Assembly: GCA_026770705.1 (NCBI GenBank)
Contig: JANJGN010000035.1
Location: 13,330,001 to 13,394,000 of the forward strand
Length of the DNA stretch: 64,000 nt
Direction of reading: 5' to 3'
DNA from: Isurus oxyrinchus
Taxonomy: Eukaryota
The number at the start of each line of letters is the position of its first letter. The stretch's first letter is position 1. The translations under genes and the position numbers were made by a program. The notes under the pieces were generated by a model. That model was not told the origin of the DNA and did no database searches. It saw nothing but the letters and a program-made list of their open reading frames with translations. This document shows positions 60,686 to 64,000 of the stretch, piece after piece.

Positions 60686-61885
60686 GTTTAACTTCTTTAC
60701 GGGTTCTGTGCGTCTTTGGCTGTGTCATCATTTGTTGCCATCCCTAGTTGCCCTTCGGAAGATACTGTTGAGCTGCATTCATGAGCCCCTGCAGTTCCTG
60801 CAGTGTCGGTGCAGCCATATTGCTGTTTGGGAGGAAGCTGCAGATTGGTGACCCAAGGATAATAAAGGAACAGTGTGTATCCAAGTCAGGATGTTGAATG
60901 GCTCAGAGGAAATCTTCCAGGGGATTGTGTTTCTAACAATTGCTCACATTTAAAGTACTTGCCATTATTGATCTAGAACACTACACATTGAATTAAAATA
61001 AAAGAAGCTGCATCAATGAGAAAATGATAGATTTATTTATGTTAAGCACCTGCAAAGGCAATAGTGTTCTGAGTTTTCAATATGTTGAATGCAGACTGAA
61101 TAATCAGTTATTAAAAGTAACCTTATGGGTTGTCTTCCTTCTGTTTACCAAACAGAATACAGGTATTTATGCAAATAGATTCACCCTTTTATTTAAATTC
61201 CCAAACGCCATTGATGCATCAAGCATGGAAAGTCAGCTACACCTGACGTAACCAACAACAATTATCGACCAACGTCATTAGACATAAACGTATTTAATAG
61301 TTAAACTACAACTGAAATGTCTGGCGAAACAAAAAGTGAATAAATAAATAAATCGACGATTATACGTTTTGAAGAAAAGAACAACATTTGAGACTTTTTC
61401 CCTGCATTCAGTCGTAACCATTGCTGGAGTACCACTTGGTTCAAGCATAACTTGGTTTTTATTTGTAGAAACGTAAACACGAAAACCCTCATCAATATTG
61501 CAAGTTGGCCGTTAACAAGTCCAGCTAGCGGGCGATCGAGGGTGGTGTCTGACACGACTGTCTGCCCCTCTTCTGGGGCTAAGTTCGAGGCCGGGCGTCT
61601 CTGGAGAGGGAGCATGCAGTGTCTGCCAGCATTATTAATGGCTTCCATGCTTGCTGGGCACCGTGGGGACTGCGGGGTTTTATTGACCCTGCTAATCACA
61701 TTTTGGTTTAATATTTGCAACTTTCCTAGAAATGTTTTATTTGATTTTACAGTTTCCCTTTCAGGAGGTGCCTTTTACATTGCCACTAATTTGTTAATTC
61801 AGCTCATTTGTTGAACCCAAAAGAGTTACACAGGCCAGAAAAGGCCATAAATAAATTGTTAATCCAATCAGTTTATAGGACATAA

Positions 61886-62025
61886 CTTGAGTGTTGCTGA
61901 AAAAAAAGGCTCATCTCCAAGCTGGTCGTCATGCACTCATCAGGCCAGTTGGTAGACTTGCCAAGTGACCTGATGAGTGCAAGCTGGAAAGCTTCAACAT
62001 GTCTCTTTTCTCAGCAACACCCAAG
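61886..62025. repeat. Imperfect inverted repeat with hammerhead-like cores (probable inverted pair of Penelope-type ends)
   Basis: cttgagtgttgctgaaaaaa pairs with ttttctcagcaacacccaag, and gcactcatcagg with cctgatgagtgc; CTGATGA at 61970-61976 is followed by GAAA at 61987-61990. Confidence 0.7.
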
Positions 62026-62334
62026 AGGTCACTTACAATTAAGGGCGTAAATTTCACTGAAATATTTAGGCTGACCATATTCAAAAAGCAGAGGTAATAT
62101 CTGGATCTTCATGGAGATGCTCTTGTAATAATTTGGTGTGCTGTTAACATTGAGCTCCAGATTAAAGCGCAATGGATCAAAAAGGCTATGGTACAAATGC
62201 GGCAGGTTTGCACTGGAAGGGAATGTTGGGAATCCAGGAATGGGCTGCTAACTCCACTGTGATCAGGACAATTGCCCTATTGATCCAGAGAAGAGTCATA
62301 ATAATTGCTAAAAGATTAGCACAAGATGTAAATG

Positions 62335-62670
62335 CTTTCTTCTAATTTGTTCATGAGATGAAGGGTCGCTGTCTAAGCCAGCATATATTGCCCAGCCCTA
62401 AATCTCCTTGTTCAGCGGTCATTTAAGGGTCTACCACATTACGGTGAGCCTGGAGTCACATGTAGGCGAGGCCAGGTAAGGATGGCTGGTTTCCTTCCCT
62501 AAAGGACATTAAGGAATTGGATGGTTTTTTACTACAATTGCCAACGGTTTCATAGTCATCAAAAGGCTTCTTTTAATCCAGATTTGAAATAAAATTTCGC
62601 CATCTGCCATGGAGGGATTCAAAAACGGGTACGAAGTGCATTATGCTGGGTGTATGTAATATCAAAACAG
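62335..62670 (-). mobile_element. tRNA-derived Deu-domain-like SINE, best-preserved copy
   Basis: tggagtcacatgtaggcgaggccaggtaaggatggctggtttccttccctaaaggacatta core; B-box remnant gggattcaaa (antisense). Confidence 0.8.
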
Positions 62671-62694
62671 TTCTGTCACAGCCTTTCCTTATGT

Positions 62695-62930
62695 GACGTG
62701 AGAAAACATTTTCACACAACGAGTAGTTCGTGTCTGGAATGCACTGCCTGGAAGTGTTGTGGAGGCAAGTAAAATCGAGAGGGAATTCGCTGATTATTTG
62801 ATTAGAAACAATGTGCAGTATTCCGGGGAAAAGACAGGGTGATGGAGCGAGGTGGTACTGCTCATTTGGAGAGCCCATAGCAGATGCGATTGGTCGAAAG
62901 GTCTCCTTCTGTGCCATAAATTTCTGTGAC
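62695..62930 (+). mobile_element. Short CR1 3' end
   Basis: ttttcacacaacgagtagttcgtgtctggaatgcactgcct (FTQRVVRVWNALP) and the ttctgtgccataaatttctgtga tail. Confidence 0.8.
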
Positions 62931-63234
62931 ATCTTCAAAGCTTACCGGGCTTTATGAAACACCAGCTGGTCATCTGCACCAGGAGCAGTCAGTAATACTG
63001 ACTGGGGGAGGAATGCAACTAAGTGATTGGTTAGCTGTCTTGGACGCTTTGGGCTTTATTCACCCATGTAGCAATGCGGAATTCATTGCATGTCACTGAG
63101 ACACTAGCCTCTCAAATAGAGAGTCCAATCATTTTAACCTCTCTGGAACAGTCTTAATTTTTTAATCACATGAAATCCACTCTTTGGTTTACCCAATGCG
63201 TGTTGGCCTATCAGTTCCAAGTTGTAGTCCCAGG

Positions 63235-63697
63235 CTGGGTATTGCAGACTGGCACATCCAAGGCCCAGGGCTACGTGCTGAGGAATGTACTGGAGCTTGG
63301 GGCAGCTGCCACAAAGGCGCATTGGGGAAGGTTTGCTGGCTAAGGTCTTTCTGCCATACTGCACCGAGGGGCTGGGAATTGTTTAGACCCCCAGGCTGCA
63401 TAGAAATCATTGAATGTATGCAGTAAATACCAATTTTATCATAATCGTACTGAAACATTCCAGAATGCAACATAATCTAGGTGGACAACTTAAATACCTT
63501 AGCACTGACTATCTGTTATGACCATTATTAATGCTGTAATGTTCATTGATTGTATTCAAACAGCTCCGGGCGTGATATTGACATTGTGGAAAACTTGAGT
63601 ATGATCGTACGTTTTGTAATGGCCATTTTGAAATGTGTTGTAATGTACTTTCAGCTATTTTATCAATAAAGTATATTACATGCAAAACAAAAATAAT
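63235..63697 (+). mobile_element. Probable L1/Tx1-clade LINE 3' end (ORF2 C-terminus, 3' UTR, polyA signal)
   Basis: Reads YCRLAH/KAQGYVLRNVLELGAAATKAHWGR-stop with one frameshift; AATAAA at 63665-63670 is followed by an A-rich tail. Clade assignment is from recall. Confidence 0.55.
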
Positions 63698-64000
63698 GCC
63701 ATTTGTGACTGGTTTTAGGAAGCCCTTGGTATGCTGTTCCATTAAATGCAGGAGGTCACTCGGTTGGCCATTCCTCCCAGGCCAAATGTATTCCCTCCAT
63801 GAGCCCTTGATTTGTATATTCATATACGGGGTGTAGGCGAAGCTGGCTAGGCGAGCATCCAGAAACTACACGTGGCTCTGCACGAGGGCCCTTTTTCTTC
63901 CATAGCATTTATTTATGGTTTTGACCTGTGCTGACAAGGCTCCATTTCTAAATGCTAAAATGATAAGACATTTTGAAGTACAATTGCCCGGAAGGAAAAC

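Overview
Non-coding, repeat-dense vertebrate DNA. The repeat families (CR1-type LINEs, a Deu-domain-like tRNA-derived SINE, Penelope-type termini) point to a cartilaginous fish, most likely a shark; this is inferred from repeat content only. No intact protein-coding gene is supportable: the recognisable ORFs in the track are LINE debris and the rest look spurious. From 1 to about 54.5 kb the window is a decaying cluster of a duplicated tRNA-Lys(TTT) cassette. It has one apparently intact gene (2126-2198) with two compensatory acceptor-stem changes, and eight pseudogenes or remnants (8450, 13649, 20882, 23281, 27471, 33000, and 52873 and 54060 on the minus strand). These sit in multi-kb paralogous blocks (about 115-11000 vs 30580-41865, and about 15350-20100 vs 42230-51750) that differ by later LINE insertions and deletions. 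Notable small structures: a 140-bp near-perfect palindrome made of two back-to-back hammerhead-ribozyme-like Penelope ends (23575-23714); a second hammerhead-like inverted repeat (61886-62025); a 37-bp minisatellite resembling an L2 ORF2 end; and a 43-bp minisatellite whose unit carries a tRNA-like anticodon stem-loop. Boundaries of decayed repeats were read by eye and are approximate (tens of bp).
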